Below are positions 8,999 through 18,745 of a DNA stretch of 64,000 nucleotides, one piece after another. A model generated the notes under the pieces. The model ran no database searches, was not told the origin of the DNA, and saw only the letters and a program-made list of their open reading frames with translations. The translations under genes were made by a program, and so were the position numbers. The stretch is from an uncultured Halobellus sp. (lineage in GTDB: Archaea > Halobacteriota > Halobacteria > Halobacteriales > Haloferacaceae), in assembly GCA_964541645.1 (NCBI GenBank), contig CAZIQT010000002.1:7096-71095 (forward strand). Reading direction: 5' to 3'. The first letter of the stretch is position 1. Each line of letters begins with the position of its first letter.

Positions 8999-10164
8999 TA
9001 CGTCGAGGGGCCGATCCGGTGGATGGCGAACTGGCTCTCGCCGAGCGCCTCGCTCATGGTGAGCTTCCCGTCGACGATCCGGGTGAGCTCGTTCCAGAGC
9101 TGGTCGGCCGCCCAGTCGTAGTCCTCGTCGCCGACCAACGCCTCGCTCACGTCGACGTCGGTCTCCTCGGGCACCCGCTCGCGGCTGTTGGGGTTGCCGG
9201 TGATCTTGATCGTCGGCATGATGGCGTTCGACAGCGTGTGGCCCTGGCCGGTCGAGATGACCATGAAGTGGGCGCCGCCGGCGCCGATCCCGGTGACCGA
9301 CTCCGCGCCGTGGCCCGGGGTGTCCATGATGTACATCCCCGAGCCGTCCGGGATCTTCGCGCCGTAGTCGACGATGTCCTGGATCGGACCGTGACCGGAC
9401 TTCACCAGCGCGCCCAGCGACTTCTCCTCGATCGTGGTCAGCCCGCCGTCCATGTTGTCCGGGGTGGGCTGAGCGCCGCGGACGTCGTAGCCGGTGGCCT
9501 TGAGCCGCTCGTCCCAGTGTTCGACGCGGTCGAGGATCTCGTTTTTGACCTCGTCGTTCACCGCGCGCTCCGCCAGTTCGTGTTCGCCGCCGAAGAACTC
9601 GGCCGTCTCCGCGAACACGCCGCGGCCGCCGTGGTCGTCGATCAGCCGCCACACCGCCTTCGCGGTGGCCTTGTGCTGACACAGCCCGCTCGTGGTGTCG
9701 GAGGTGGCGCAGTTGATCCCGAACGTGAGGTTGGAGTAGTCGGCGGGCACCCGGCGCTGGTCGCTGGCGTCGAGCACCATCTCCTGGGCGGCGTTCACCG
9801 TCGCTTTCAGCGCGTTCATCACGCCCTTCTCCTCGTGGATGTTGATCGAGGCGCTCGGCCGCCCGGTTTCGGCGACGTCGCTCGCGAGTTCGTCGCCGTC
9901 GACGATCTCGCCGGCGTGGGCGACCACGACGGTCCCGTAGACGTTGGGGTGGGTTCCGTACCCCAGAAGCGTCCGGTAGGTCTGGAACACGTCGGGTTTG
10001 GTCTGACACCGGCCCAGCGGGTGGGTGATCGGCACCGTGTTCTCGGTGATCTCCGCGGCGCGTTTCACCGTGTCGTTGGCGTACGGCGCCGTCGAGATGA
10101 TCGCCACGTGGTTCCGGATGCCGACGCTGCCGTCGTCGCGTTCGTACCCCAGGAACTCGCTCAT
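8998..10164 (-). CDS. suyB: UxaA-family lyase, large (beta) subunit; (R)-sulfolactate sulfo-lyase SuyB-like
   Basis: GYERDDGSVGIRNHV, HPNV, SDTTSG, QPT..N..GGLTTIEEKSLG and MDTPG identify the family. HPLGRCQ, SDTT and QPT look, from my recall, closer to SuyB than to UxaA/GarD (HxxGCxQ, GSDxxSG, NPS); this needs an alignment. Confidence 0.65.
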   Translation of the reverse strand: MSEFLGYERDDGSVGIRNHVAIISTAPYANDTVKRAAEITENTVPITHPLGRCQTKPDVFQTYRTLLGYGTHPNVYGTVVVAHAGEIVDGDELASDVAETGRPSASINIHEEKGVMNALKATVNAAQEMVLDASDQRRVPADYSNLTFGINCATSDTTSGLCQHKATAKAVWRLIDDHGGRGVFAETAEFFGGEHELAERAVNDEVKNEILDRVEHWDERLKATGYDVRGAQPTPDNMDGGLTTIEEKSLGALVKSGHGPIQDIVDYGAKIPDGSGMYIMDTPGHGAESVTGIGAGGAHFMVISTGQGHTLSNAIMPTIKITGNPNSRERVPEETDVDVSEALVGDEDYDWAADQLWNELTRIVDGKLTMSEALGESQFAIHRIGPST

Positions 10165-10478
10165 GCTTCGGCCTCCGCCTCGTCGGCCGCGAGGTCGCCG
10201 CGGCCGTAGTTGGACTCGACGTTGTGGACGTGGACCCACGCCCCCGCGGAAATGTCCTCGGTGGCGTTGCCGATGCTCTTGCCGTACTTCACGATCGTCT
10301 CGCCCGCCGGGATCTCCTCCAGCGCCAGCTTGTGTCCGAACTCGACGTCCGCGAGCGCCTCGATCGTGACGGTCCCGTCGCCGACGGCGATCGTGAGCGT
10401 CTCTCCCGCCTCGATCTCCCGGAGCGCCGTCGCGACGTTGTCCTCGGGTTCGACTACCTGAATATGTCGTTCTACCAT
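10161..10478 (-). CDS. suyA: UxaA-family SAF-domain small (alpha) subunit; SuyA-like
   Basis: DNVATALR, FGHKLAL, IVKYG..IG.ATEDI..G.WVHVHNV; overlaps the beta-subunit start (ATGA). Confidence 0.65.
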   Translation of the reverse strand: MVERHIQVVEPEDNVATALREIEAGETLTIAVGDGTVTIEALADVEFGHKLALEEIPAGETIVKYGKSIGNATEDISAGAWVHVHNVESNYGRGDLAADEAEAEA

Positions 10479-10554
10479 GCGCGTCCGTCAGGTTACCGGG
10501 AGGCTACAAAGCGTTTACGTCCCGTCGACGGCGTCGCCGGCCGCTCGCGCCGGG

Positions 10555-11541
10555 TCACAGCAGGAGCGTCACCGCCAGATACGCCAGCCCGGTGACCACC
10601 AGGAACTGCGCGAGCACCACCGCGATCGGGGCGAGACCGGTCGCGCGCAGCCGTCTGGGGTTCAGGTCCATCCCGAGCCCCACGAACGCCACAGTGAACA
10701 GCCAGTCGCTGACCGTCGACAGCCCGGCGCGGGCGCCGGCGTCCAACAACCCGGCGTTCGCGATCACCACGACCACCAGAAACCCCACCAGGAACTTCGG
10801 GAACCGGTACCACACCTGCCTCGCGTCGGGGCGCCCGTCGACGCCGGCGGCGTGGTGGACCGCGTAGCCGACCGCGAGCACGCCGATGAACGCGTTCCGC
10901 ACCAGCTTCGTGACCGTCGCCCACTGGCCCGCGGCGTCGGAGACCGCGAAGCCGACCGCGGCCGCCGGGCCGGTCGAGAAGAGGCTGAGCCCGGCCCACA
11001 CCCCGAAGACCGGGTCCGAAAGCCCGAGCGCCACGCCGACGGCCGGAAACACGAGCAGCGTCGCGGCGTCGAACAGCAGCACCGTACCCGCAGCGTACGT
11101 GATGTCGGCCTCGTCGGCGCTGATGCTCCCCGCGACCGCCAACACCGCCGACACCCCGCAGACGCTCGCTCCGGCCGACAGCAGCGACCGGGTGGTGGGC
11201 TCCACCCCCGCGACCCGACCGATCGACTCCCCGAGGACGACCCCGAACACCACCACGCCGGCGGCCAGCCCGACCACCACGGGGCCGGTATCGACGAGTT
11301 GGGTCACGGTCAGCCCCGCGCCCAGCAGGACGATCCCGGTCTCCAACAGCAGCTTGTACCGGTCGATCCCCGGCCGGAGCTCCTCGGGACGGCCGGCGAC
11401 GGCCGCGACGGCGACGCCGGCGCCGATCGCGACGACGTAGGGGCTGAGCGGCGAGGCCGCGCCGACGGCTCGGGCGACGGCACCCAGTGCCCCCAGAAGC
11501 GCCAGTCCGGGGAGCAGGCGTCGGGCGCTGTCGAGCGCCAT
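10555..11541 (-). CDS. YeiH/UPF0324 family putative sulfate/sulfite exporter (TauZ/SuyZ-type)
   Basis: Hydrophobic 328 aa; GIVLLG, GASVCGVSAVLA, GVWAGLS, ATVTKLVRN, PKFLVGF. Confidence 0.85.
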   Translation of the reverse strand: MALDSARRLLPGLALLGALGAVARAVGAASPLSPYVVAIGAGVAVAAVAGRPEELRPGIDRYKLLLETGIVLLGAGLTVTQLVDTGPVVVGLAAGVVVFGVVLGESIGRVAGVEPTTRSLLSAGASVCGVSAVLAVAGSISADEADITYAAGTVLLFDAATLLVFPAVGVALGLSDPVFGVWAGLSLFSTGPAAAVGFAVSDAAGQWATVTKLVRNAFIGVLAVGYAVHHAAGVDGRPDARQVWYRFPKFLVGFLVVVVIANAGLLDAGARAGLSTVSDWLFTVAFVGLGMDLNPRRLRATGLAPIAVVLAQFLVVTGLAYLAVTLLL

Positions 11542-11684
11542 CAGACGACGCCGAGGGCGTACAGGAGGGTGATCGCCACGCCGACGAGCGTCGCCTTCCA
11601 GCCCCGGTCGACCGATCCGAGACGGTCACGGACTCGCGACAGCACGCGCTCGGGCCCCTCAGGCGTCGGTTCACGCCCGGTCAT
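11541..11684 (-). CDS. Small (47 aa) single-TM hypothetical protein
   Basis: MTGREPTPEG...WKATLVGVAITLLYALGVV. Its stop overlaps the exporter start. TATA-like TATATAAA at 11711-11718. Confidence 0.55.
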   Translation of the reverse strand: MTGREPTPEGPERVLSRVRDRLGSVDRGWKATLVGVAITLLYALGVV

Positions 11685-11755
11685 ACACGGTCGACCGTTG
11701 TGCGACATCGTATATAAACGTACTCGATCGCGGCGCGCGGCCGCCCACGCCGCGG

Positions 11756-12724
11756 CTACACCCCGTTGACCACGTTCGCCACGTCGCCGCCGGTCAGGGC
11801 GTCCCGGACGATCCCCGCGGCCCGCCGCCGGCGGTCCGCGCCCGCCTCCTCGGAGTACCACGCGACGTGCGGCGTCGTGACGACCCGGGGGTGGTCCCGG
11901 AGCGGGTGTCCCGGCGCGGGCGGCTCCTCGGGGAAGACGTCCAGCCCGGCGCCCGCGAGGTCCCCGTCCGCGATCGCGTCGTGGAGGTCGTCGACGTCGA
12001 CGATCGGGCCGCGGGCGACGTTGACCACGACCGCGTCGTCGTCCAGCCGCGCGAACGCGTCGGCGTCGAGCAGCCCGCGGGTGTCGTCGGTCAGCGGCGA
12101 GTGGACGGTCACCGCGTCCGCGCGGGCACACAGGTCCTCGAAGCCAGTCAGGGTCGCCGGGTCGTCCGCGAGGTCCTCGGGGTCGAGGAACGGGTCGCTC
12201 GCGAGCACGTCGGCGCCGAGCGCGGCGGCGCGGGCGCCCACCTCGCGGCCGATGGCGCCGTAGCCGACCACCCCGACCGTCCGGGTGGAGAAGCGGTGCA
12301 GCGGGGCGGCGGCGCCGCGGTCCCACTCGCCGGCCGCGACCGACGCGTCGTACCGCTTCAGTCCGCGGGCGAGCGAGAGCAGCATCGACAGCGCGTGGGT
12401 CGCCACCTCCTCCAGACAGTAGTCGGGGACGTTGGTCACCGGGATCCCGCGGTCGGCGGCGGTGTCGACCGCGACGTTGTCGACGCCGATGCCGTACCGG
12501 GCGATCACCCGGCAGTCGTCCAGCCGCGCGACCGCGTCGGCGTCGAGCTCCGCGCGGAGGTTGAGCACCGCGTCGGCCGCCGACAGCCGGTCGTCAGTTC
12601 CGGCGTCGGCGCCGCCCGCCTCGTCGTGGAGGTCGACGATCTCAGCGACGCCGTCGAGGACCTCGCGTTCGATCCCCAGATCCTCGAAGTCGTGATCGGT
12701 CACCACGACCGTGAACTCGGTCAT
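11756..12724 (-). CDS. D-isomer-specific 2-hydroxyacid dehydrogenase (CtBP-like; SlcC-analog candidate)
   Basis: Start MTEFTVVVTD. RYGIGVDNV, VTNVPDYC, GVVGYGAIG, NVARG, GLDVF..EP, TPHVAWYS. Confidence 0.88.
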   Translation of the reverse strand: MTEFTVVVTDHDFEDLGIEREVLDGVAEIVDLHDEAGGADAGTDDRLSAADAVLNLRAELDADAVARLDDCRVIARYGIGVDNVAVDTAADRGIPVTNVPDYCLEEVATHALSMLLSLARGLKRYDASVAAGEWDRGAAAPLHRFSTRTVGVVGYGAIGREVGARAAALGADVLASDPFLDPEDLADDPATLTGFEDLCARADAVTVHSPLTDDTRGLLDADAFARLDDDAVVVNVARGPIVDVDDLHDAIADGDLAGAGLDVFPEEPPAPGHPLRDHPRVVTTPHVAWYSEEAGADRRRRAAGIVRDALTGGDVANVVNGV

Positions 12725-13983
12725 ACGATCAGCTCCGAGTCGTCGGTCAGATACTCCGCGACCAACTCCCGGTTCAGTTCCACGCCCAGGCCCGGGCCCT
12801 CCGGCAGGTCGACGTACCCGTCTTCCAGGATCGGCCCCGACCCCGCGGTCCGGGTGACCATGTCGTTCCACCACGGCACGTCGCGGGCGTGCCACTCCAT
12901 GCACAGGAAGTTGGGGATCGCCGCCGACACGTGGGCGCCGGCGACCGTCCCCAGCGGGCTGGAGATGTTGTGCGACGCCACGGGCACGCCGTAGAGGTCA
13001 CACACGGTGGCGATGTCGACGTACTCCCCGAGCCCGCCGCATTTGTTCACGTCGGGGGCGGCGATGTCGAACATGCCCTCGCGGGCCGCGTGGTTGAACT
13101 GGTCGACTCCCACCAGGTTCTCGCCGGTCAGCACCGGCGTGTCGAGGGCGTCGGTGACGCGGGCCTGCGACTCGGTCTTCTCCGGCGGCACGGGATCCTC
13201 GATCCACGCCAGGTCGAACCGCTCCAGTTTCTTCCCCAGCCGGATCGCGGTCTCGGTGGTGAAGTTCCAGTGGAGGTCCACGCCGAGGTCGACGTCGTAG
13301 CCGATCTCCTCGCGGACGGCCTCGATGAGGCTGACCTTGTGTTCCAAGGCGGCGTTGTCCATCCGGCGGTTGGCCTCGTCGTAGTCGGCGTGGGTGGGCA
13401 CGTCGAGGTCGAACTTCAGCGCCTCGAACCCCTCGTCGACGACCTCGCGGGCGGCGCGGGCGTACGACTCCGGGGTGTACACCTCGCGGGGGTCGTGCTC
13501 GCTCGCCGCCCCCAGCGACTCCCCGCCGTGGGTGTCACAGTAGATCTTGATCTCGTCGCGGTATTTCCCGCCCAGAAGCTCGTAGACGGGCACGTCGAAC
13601 AGCTTCCCCTTGAGGTCGAAACACGCGGTCTCGATCGCGGTGAACGCGGCCTGGCCGATCCGGCCGCAGCCGGTGTACCGCTGTTCGAGGAGTTCGCGGA
13701 TCCGGCTGGTGTCCAGCGGGTTCTCCCCCTCGAGGTCCACGTCCATCCGGTCGGCCATGTCCAGGGCGGCCTCCGCGCGGAACGTCTCCCCGAGGCCGTA
13801 GACGCCGGCGTCGGTCTCGACTTTCACGATCCCCCACGTGAAGTTGCCCGCGACCGCCATCGTCTCGATCCCCGTGATCGACACGTCGCGCTCGGGGGGT
13901 CGGTGCGTCTCCTCCATCCCCATGTCCCGCCACGGCACGCCGCCGCCCTGCGGGATCCGGTAGTCGGGCTGGTCGTCGGTCAT
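12721..13983 (-). CDS. Mandelate racemase/enolase-superfamily sugar-acid dehydratase (haloarchaeal gluconate/xylonate dehydratase-like)
   Basis: VETDAGVYGLGE, DLKGK..DVPVYELLGGK.R, KFD, VDLHW, WIEDP, TGEN, SHNISSP. Confidence 0.88.
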   Translation of the reverse strand: MTDDQPDYRIPQGGGVPWRDMGMEETHRPPERDVSITGIETMAVAGNFTWGIVKVETDAGVYGLGETFRAEAALDMADRMDVDLEGENPLDTSRIRELLEQRYTGCGRIGQAAFTAIETACFDLKGKLFDVPVYELLGGKYRDEIKIYCDTHGGESLGAASEHDPREVYTPESYARAAREVVDEGFEALKFDLDVPTHADYDEANRRMDNAALEHKVSLIEAVREEIGYDVDLGVDLHWNFTTETAIRLGKKLERFDLAWIEDPVPPEKTESQARVTDALDTPVLTGENLVGVDQFNHAAREGMFDIAAPDVNKCGGLGEYVDIATVCDLYGVPVASHNISSPLGTVAGAHVSAAIPNFLCMEWHARDVPWWNDMVTRTAGSGPILEDGYVDLPEGPGLGVELNRELVAEYLTDDSELIV

Positions 13984-14070
13984 CACCCTGGGAGTCGGGG
14001 AATGCGCCGTTAAGAGTTGTGGTGTCGGGGGCGCTGCGGCGGGTGCGACGCCCGCGGCGACCGCGGCGGC

Positions 14071-16299
14071 TCACTCGACGACCGTCGGCTCGGCCACCGG
14101 CGGGTACCGGTCCGGCACGACCGCGTCGCCGGTCAGATCGAGCGGCTGCCGCACCCGGAGGTCGTCCGCGGACCGCCCGACAGCGAGGTCGACCCGGCCG
14201 GGGCCGACCCGACGGGCCCGCCGCCCGGCGTGTGCCGACAGCGTCGCCGCCGCCAGGTCGAACCGGACGGTCACCCGCTCGTCCGCGCCGAGGGCGACCC
14301 GCGCGAAGCCGACGAGTTCCCGCTCCGGACGGACCCCGCCGGCCCCGGTGGGTTCGGCGTAGAGTTGGACCACCTCGGTCCCCGGCCGGTCGGCGACGTT
14401 CCCGACGCCGACCGAGACGGTCGTCCCGCCGTCGGTCGGGATCGACCCCGGCACGACCGAGAGGTCGTCGTACGCGAAGTCGGCGTAACTCCCGCCGTGA
14501 CCGAACGGGAACAGCGGCGACCCCTCGGTGAAGACGTACGCCCCGCGGGAGACGGCGTGGCGCCGGTAGTGGATCGGGAGCTGACCCGCCGTCCGCGGCA
14601 GCGACACCGGGAGCCGGCCGCCGGGGTCGGCGCCGAGCAGCACGTCCGTGATCGCGCGACCACCCTCCTGCCCGGGGAGCCACGCCAGGAGCGTCGCGTC
14701 CGCGGCCGCGACGACGTCGGGAAGCGCGAGCGGCCGCCCGCCCACCACGACCGTCACGAGCGGGGTGTCGGCGGCGGCCAGCCGGTCGACGAGTTCCGGT
14801 TGCCGCCCGGGGAGCCCCAGCTCCGCGCGGTCCAGCGCCTCCCCCGCCGTCCCCGGGGAGTCGCGCTCGACGTCGATCCCGGACTGCCCGCCGACGCAGG
14901 CGACGGTCACGTCCGCGTCCTCGGCGGCCGCCACCGCCGCCGCGACGTCGTCGTCGGGGCCGGCACGGACGCCGCATCCCCGGGCGTGGGTCACGTCGGC
15001 GACGCGCTCGCGGAGGCCGGCGAGCGGCGTGACCACGTCGACGCCGCCCGAGGCGTTCTCGGCGCCGGCGTAGGAGTAGTTTCCGAGGAGGTTCCGCGGC
15101 GCGTCGGCGTTGGGGCCGACGACGGCCACCGACGCGCCGGGGTCGAGGGGGAGTACGCCGTCGGCGTGGAGCAGCACCTGCGACCGCCGGGCCGCCCGCC
15201 GGGCCAGCGACCGCACGGCGTCGGACCCGAACGCGTCGGCCGCGCGGTCGGGGTCCGGCCCGGGCGCGGGATCGGACAGCAGCCCGGCTGCGGCCTTCTG
15301 TCGGAGGTGCCGGCGCGCGGCGTCCTCGACGACCGACTCCTCGACCAGCCCCGCCCGGACGGCGGCCACGAGCCGGTCGCCGAAACACTCGGTCTCGGGG
15401 AGTTCGACGTCGACCCCCGCCCGCAACGCCGTCACCCCCGCGGCCTGGCGATCGACCGCGACGCCGTAGTCGTCCGCCAACATCTCGATGCCACGCCCGT
15501 CGGAGACCACGGTCCCCTCGAACCCCCACTCGCCGCGGAGCAGGTCGGTGAGCAGCCGGGCGTTCGCGTGGCAGGGGACGCCGTCGACGGTGTTGTACGC
15601 CGCCATCACTGACGGCGCGCCGGCGTCGATCCCCGCGCGGAAGGGGACGAGGTCGGCGTCGCGCATCTCCCGGAGGGCGGCGGTGGGCCGCCCCCGGTTC
15701 CGCCCGCCGGCCGGGCGACCGTGGCCCACGAAGTGTTTCAGCGTCGGGTCGACGCCGGCGTCGGTCAGGCCGTCGACGACCCGCCGGGTCATCGTCGACG
15801 CCAGCGCCGGGTCCTCGCCGAAGGTCTCCTCGATCCGGCCCCACCGGGGTTCGACCCCGAGGTCGGCCACCGGCGACAGCGTCACCCGACACCCCACCGC
15901 GCGGAGCTGGCGACCGATCGCCGCCGCCACCGATTCCGCGAGGTCGGGGTCCCAGGAACTCGCCACCCCGATGGCCTGCGGGAACACGGCGCCGCGCCGC
16001 CCGGCGTAGCCGCAGACGCTCTCCTCGCGGACGAGCGCGGGGATCCCGCCGGGCGCCTCCGACCGCAGGAACGACTGGAGGTCCGCGACCGCCGCCGCGA
16101 GGGTGTCGGGCTCCAGCCCGCTCTCCCGGCCGACGCGGGTCACGCGGCCGATCCCGTGGGGGATCGTCGCCCGCGCCCGGTCGGGGCTGAACGCGCCGTC
16201 GTCGAGGAGCGACCCGATGCGGACGCTCCCGAGCTGTGCGACCGTGGCGTCGAGCGACAGCCGGTCGAGCAGCGCGTCGACGTCGGACGAGTCGGTCAT
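14071..16299 (-). CDS. GH3 beta-glycosidase (beta-glucosidase/xylosidase)
   Basis: FPQAIG.ASSWDP, PRWGRIEETFGEDP, KHFVGHG, nucleophile VSDG, PLFPFGHG, C-terminal Fn3-like EVVQLY...RELVGFAR. Confidence 0.92.
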   Translation of the reverse strand: MTDSSDVDALLDRLSLDATVAQLGSVRIGSLLDDGAFSPDRARATIPHGIGRVTRVGRESGLEPDTLAAAVADLQSFLRSEAPGGIPALVREESVCGYAGRRGAVFPQAIGVASSWDPDLAESVAAAIGRQLRAVGCRVTLSPVADLGVEPRWGRIEETFGEDPALASTMTRRVVDGLTDAGVDPTLKHFVGHGRPAGGRNRGRPTAALREMRDADLVPFRAGIDAGAPSVMAAYNTVDGVPCHANARLLTDLLRGEWGFEGTVVSDGRGIEMLADDYGVAVDRQAAGVTALRAGVDVELPETECFGDRLVAAVRAGLVEESVVEDAARRHLRQKAAAGLLSDPAPGPDPDRAADAFGSDAVRSLARRAARRSQVLLHADGVLPLDPGASVAVVGPNADAPRNLLGNYSYAGAENASGGVDVVTPLAGLRERVADVTHARGCGVRAGPDDDVAAAVAAAEDADVTVACVGGQSGIDVERDSPGTAGEALDRAELGLPGRQPELVDRLAAADTPLVTVVVGGRPLALPDVVAAADATLLAWLPGQEGGRAITDVLLGADPGGRLPVSLPRTAGQLPIHYRRHAVSRGAYVFTEGSPLFPFGHGGSYADFAYDDLSVVPGSIPTDGGTTVSVGVGNVADRPGTEVVQLYAEPTGAGGVRPERELVGFARVALGADERVTVRFDLAAATLSAHAGRRARRVGPGRVDLAVGRSADDLRVRQPLDLTGDAVVPDRYPPVAEPTVVE

Positions 16300-16384
16300 A
16301 CGTCCCCGGATTGGCGCGGTGCGGCATAAACGGTCCGGGGAAGCGGGGTAGTTTTAAGCCTGTGCCGCGCGCCCCAAACCGAGT

Positions 16385-18745
16385 ATGACCACAGAACGCG
16401 TGACCGTCACCGGCGTCGCCGACTACGCGGTCGAGGGGTCGACGATCACCTTCGAGTGTGAGACCGCCGCGCCCGACCCCGTCACCCCGCGGACCGTGCC
16501 CGTGACGCTGACCGTCCACGGCCCCCGGACCTTCCGGTTCGAGCTCCGGGCGAACCCCGAGGTGCCGGCCGACCGCGAGTACCCGGAACTGGATTTCGAC
16601 GCCGTCGCCGAGCCGGTCGACCTGGACGTGACCGAGACCGACGACTCGGTCGAGATCGACACCGGCGCGCTCCGGATCACCGTGGGGACGGCCGAGTGGT
16701 CGTTCGCGGTCGAAGACGCCGACTCCGGGGAGACGGTCTTCGCGGAGCAGCGGTCGGATCCCGACGTGTTCGGGCGCCAGCGGGTCGAACCGCTGGGGTT
16801 CACGCAGACCGAGATCAACCACAACCCCCGGCGGGTGGCCGAGGCGGGCACCGCGTTCCGGCTGTCGCCCGGCGAGCGGATCTACGGCGCGGGCGAGCAG
16901 TTCACCGAGTTCGACAGGCGGGGCCAGGAGATCGAGCTGTGGCACGAGGAGCCGCTGGGCACCGAGACCGCCCGGGCGTACAAGAACGTCCCGTTTCACC
17001 TCTCGACGGAGGGGTACGGCCTGCTCGTCGACACGACCGCGCGGGTCACCTACGACTTCGGGCGCGAGTCGACGGCGTCGGGGACGGTGGCGGTCGACGA
17101 CGACACGTTCGCGTTCGTCTTCTTCTACGGCCCGGAGTTCCCCGACGTAATCCGGCGGTACACCGGCGTCACCGGCCGGCCCGACCGGCCGCCGAAGTGG
17201 TCGTTCGGCACGTGGATGTCCCGGCTGGGGTACGAGTCCCGCGCGGAGCTGGAGGCGGTCGCCGACCGGCTGCGCGCGGAGTCGATCCCCAGCGACGTGC
17301 TCCACCTCGACCCCTTCTGGATGCGCGAGCGCTCGTCGTGCGATCTGGCGTGGGACACCGACCAGTTCCCCGACCCCGAGGGGATGATCGACGGGCTGCG
17401 CGAGGCGGGGTTCCGGCTGTCGCTGTGGGAGCATCCCCACGTTCCGGTCGGGACCGACGCGTTCGCGGAGGGCGTCGCCGAGGGCTACTTCGTCGCCGAC
17501 GGCACCGGCCGCCCGTACGTCATGGACCACACCTGCCAGGGCGACTACCGCGGGGCGATCGTCGACTTCACCGACCCCGGCGCGGTCGAGTGGTGGCAGG
17601 CCAAACACCGGCGACTGCTCGAACAGGGGGTGGCAGTGTTCAAGACCGACTACGGCGAGTACGTCCCGGCGGACGCGGTCTTCGCGAACGGGAAGACCGG
17701 GCGGTCGATGCACAACCTCTACCCGTACCTCTACAACGAGGCGGTCTACGAGGCGGTCGCCGAGGTCAACGGCGCCGAGGAGGCGGTGGTGTGGGGCCGG
17801 TCGGCGTGGACCGGGAGCCAGTCGTTCCCGATGCACTGGGGCGGCGACCCACAGACCAGCTGGAACGGCATGGCCGCCGCGCTCCGGGGCGGGCTGTCGG
17901 CATCGCTGTCTGGGATCGCGCTGTGGAGCCACGACATCGGGGGGTTCCGCGGGACGCCGTCGACGGAGCTGTACACCCGGTGGGCGCAGTTCGGGCTGCT
18001 GTCGTCGAACAGCCGGTGCCACGGCACCACGCCGCGGGAGCCCTGGGAGTTCGGCGAGGAAGCGCTCGACACCTTCCGGGAGTACGCGGAACTCCGGTAC
18101 CGGCTCCTACCGTACGTCTACACCGCCGCGGAGGTCGCCGCCCGGACCGGGATCCCGGTGGTGCGGCCGCTCGTGTTCGCGTTCCAGGACGACCCCGCGA
18201 CCCACGACCTCGACTCCCAGTACACCCTGGGGCCGGACCTGCTTGTCGCGCCAGTGTTCGCCGGCGATTCCGAGCGCGACGTCTACCTGCCCGAGGGTGA
18301 GTGGCGGGACCACTGGACCGGCGAGCACCACGACGGCGGCCGGTGGGTGACCGTCGACGCCCCGCTCGAACGGCAGCCGATGTTCGTCCGGGCGGGGAGC
18401 GTGATCCCCCAACGGGCGGCGACCGAGCGGACACAGCCCGGCACCCCGGCCCACGTCGAGTTCCACGCGACCCTGGGAGCCGACCGGGCGACCGCGGAGG
18501 GCCGGTTCTACGACGCCGACGCTGACGCGCTGCTCACAGCCACGGTCGACCACGACGGCGAGCGGGTGGTCGCCGACTGCGGCGGCGTGAGCGCCGACGC
18601 GGTCACCGTGGTCGTGCGGAGCCCGGAGGGCGTGGCGGACCCCGCCGAAGTCGTCGTCGACGGGGCGTCACTCGCGCGGGTCGACTCCGATCCGGGTGCG
18701 GGGGAGTGGGCCGTCGACGACGGGGTGGTTGAAGCGCGGCGGTGA
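16385..18745 (+). CDS. GH31 alpha-glycosidase, YicI (alpha-xylosidase)-like subfamily
   Basis: AYKNVPF, HLDPFWM, nucleophile FKTDYGE, MHNLY, HWGGD acid/base, WSHDIGGF, RYRLLPY, VYLPEG.W. Confidence 0.88.
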   Translation: MTTERVTVTGVADYAVEGSTITFECETAAPDPVTPRTVPVTLTVHGPRTFRFELRANPEVPADREYPELDFDAVAEPVDLDVTETDDSVEIDTGALRITVGTAEWSFAVEDADSGETVFAEQRSDPDVFGRQRVEPLGFTQTEINHNPRRVAEAGTAFRLSPGERIYGAGEQFTEFDRRGQEIELWHEEPLGTETARAYKNVPFHLSTEGYGLLVDTTARVTYDFGRESTASGTVAVDDDTFAFVFFYGPEFPDVIRRYTGVTGRPDRPPKWSFGTWMSRLGYESRAELEAVADRLRAESIPSDVLHLDPFWMRERSSCDLAWDTDQFPDPEGMIDGLREAGFRLSLWEHPHVPVGTDAFAEGVAEGYFVADGTGRPYVMDHTCQGDYRGAIVDFTDPGAVEWWQAKHRRLLEQGVAVFKTDYGEYVPADAVFANGKTGRSMHNLYPYLYNEAVYEAVAEVNGAEEAVVWGRSAWTGSQSFPMHWGGDPQTSWNGMAAALRGGLSASLSGIALWSHDIGGFRGTPSTELYTRWAQFGLLSSNSRCHGTTPREPWEFGEEALDTFREYAELRYRLLPYVYTAAEVAARTGIPVVRPLVFAFQDDPATHDLDSQYTLGPDLLVAPVFAGDSERDVYLPEGEWRDHWTGEHHDGGRWVTVDAPLERQPMFVRAGSVIPQRAATERTQPGTPAHVEFHATLGADRATAEGRFYDADADALLTATVDHDGERVVADCGGVSADAVTVVVRSPEGVADPAEVVVDGASLARVDSDPGAGEWAVDDGVVEARR

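Noticed and set aside
7997..10009. Apparent long N-terminal extensions or fusions (670-aa LDH2, 744-aa ALDH, 740-aa GalK, 726-aa Gfo, 510-aa UreA)
   Set aside because: The extensions are stop-free off-frame reads of neighbouring genes; internal ATGs fit family N-termini and promoter or overlap positions.
13535..18022. 1495-aa minus-strand ORF
   Set aside because: Arg/Pro/Gly-rich shadow frame overlapping the well-supported GH3, GH31 and dehydratase genes; an artefact of high GC.
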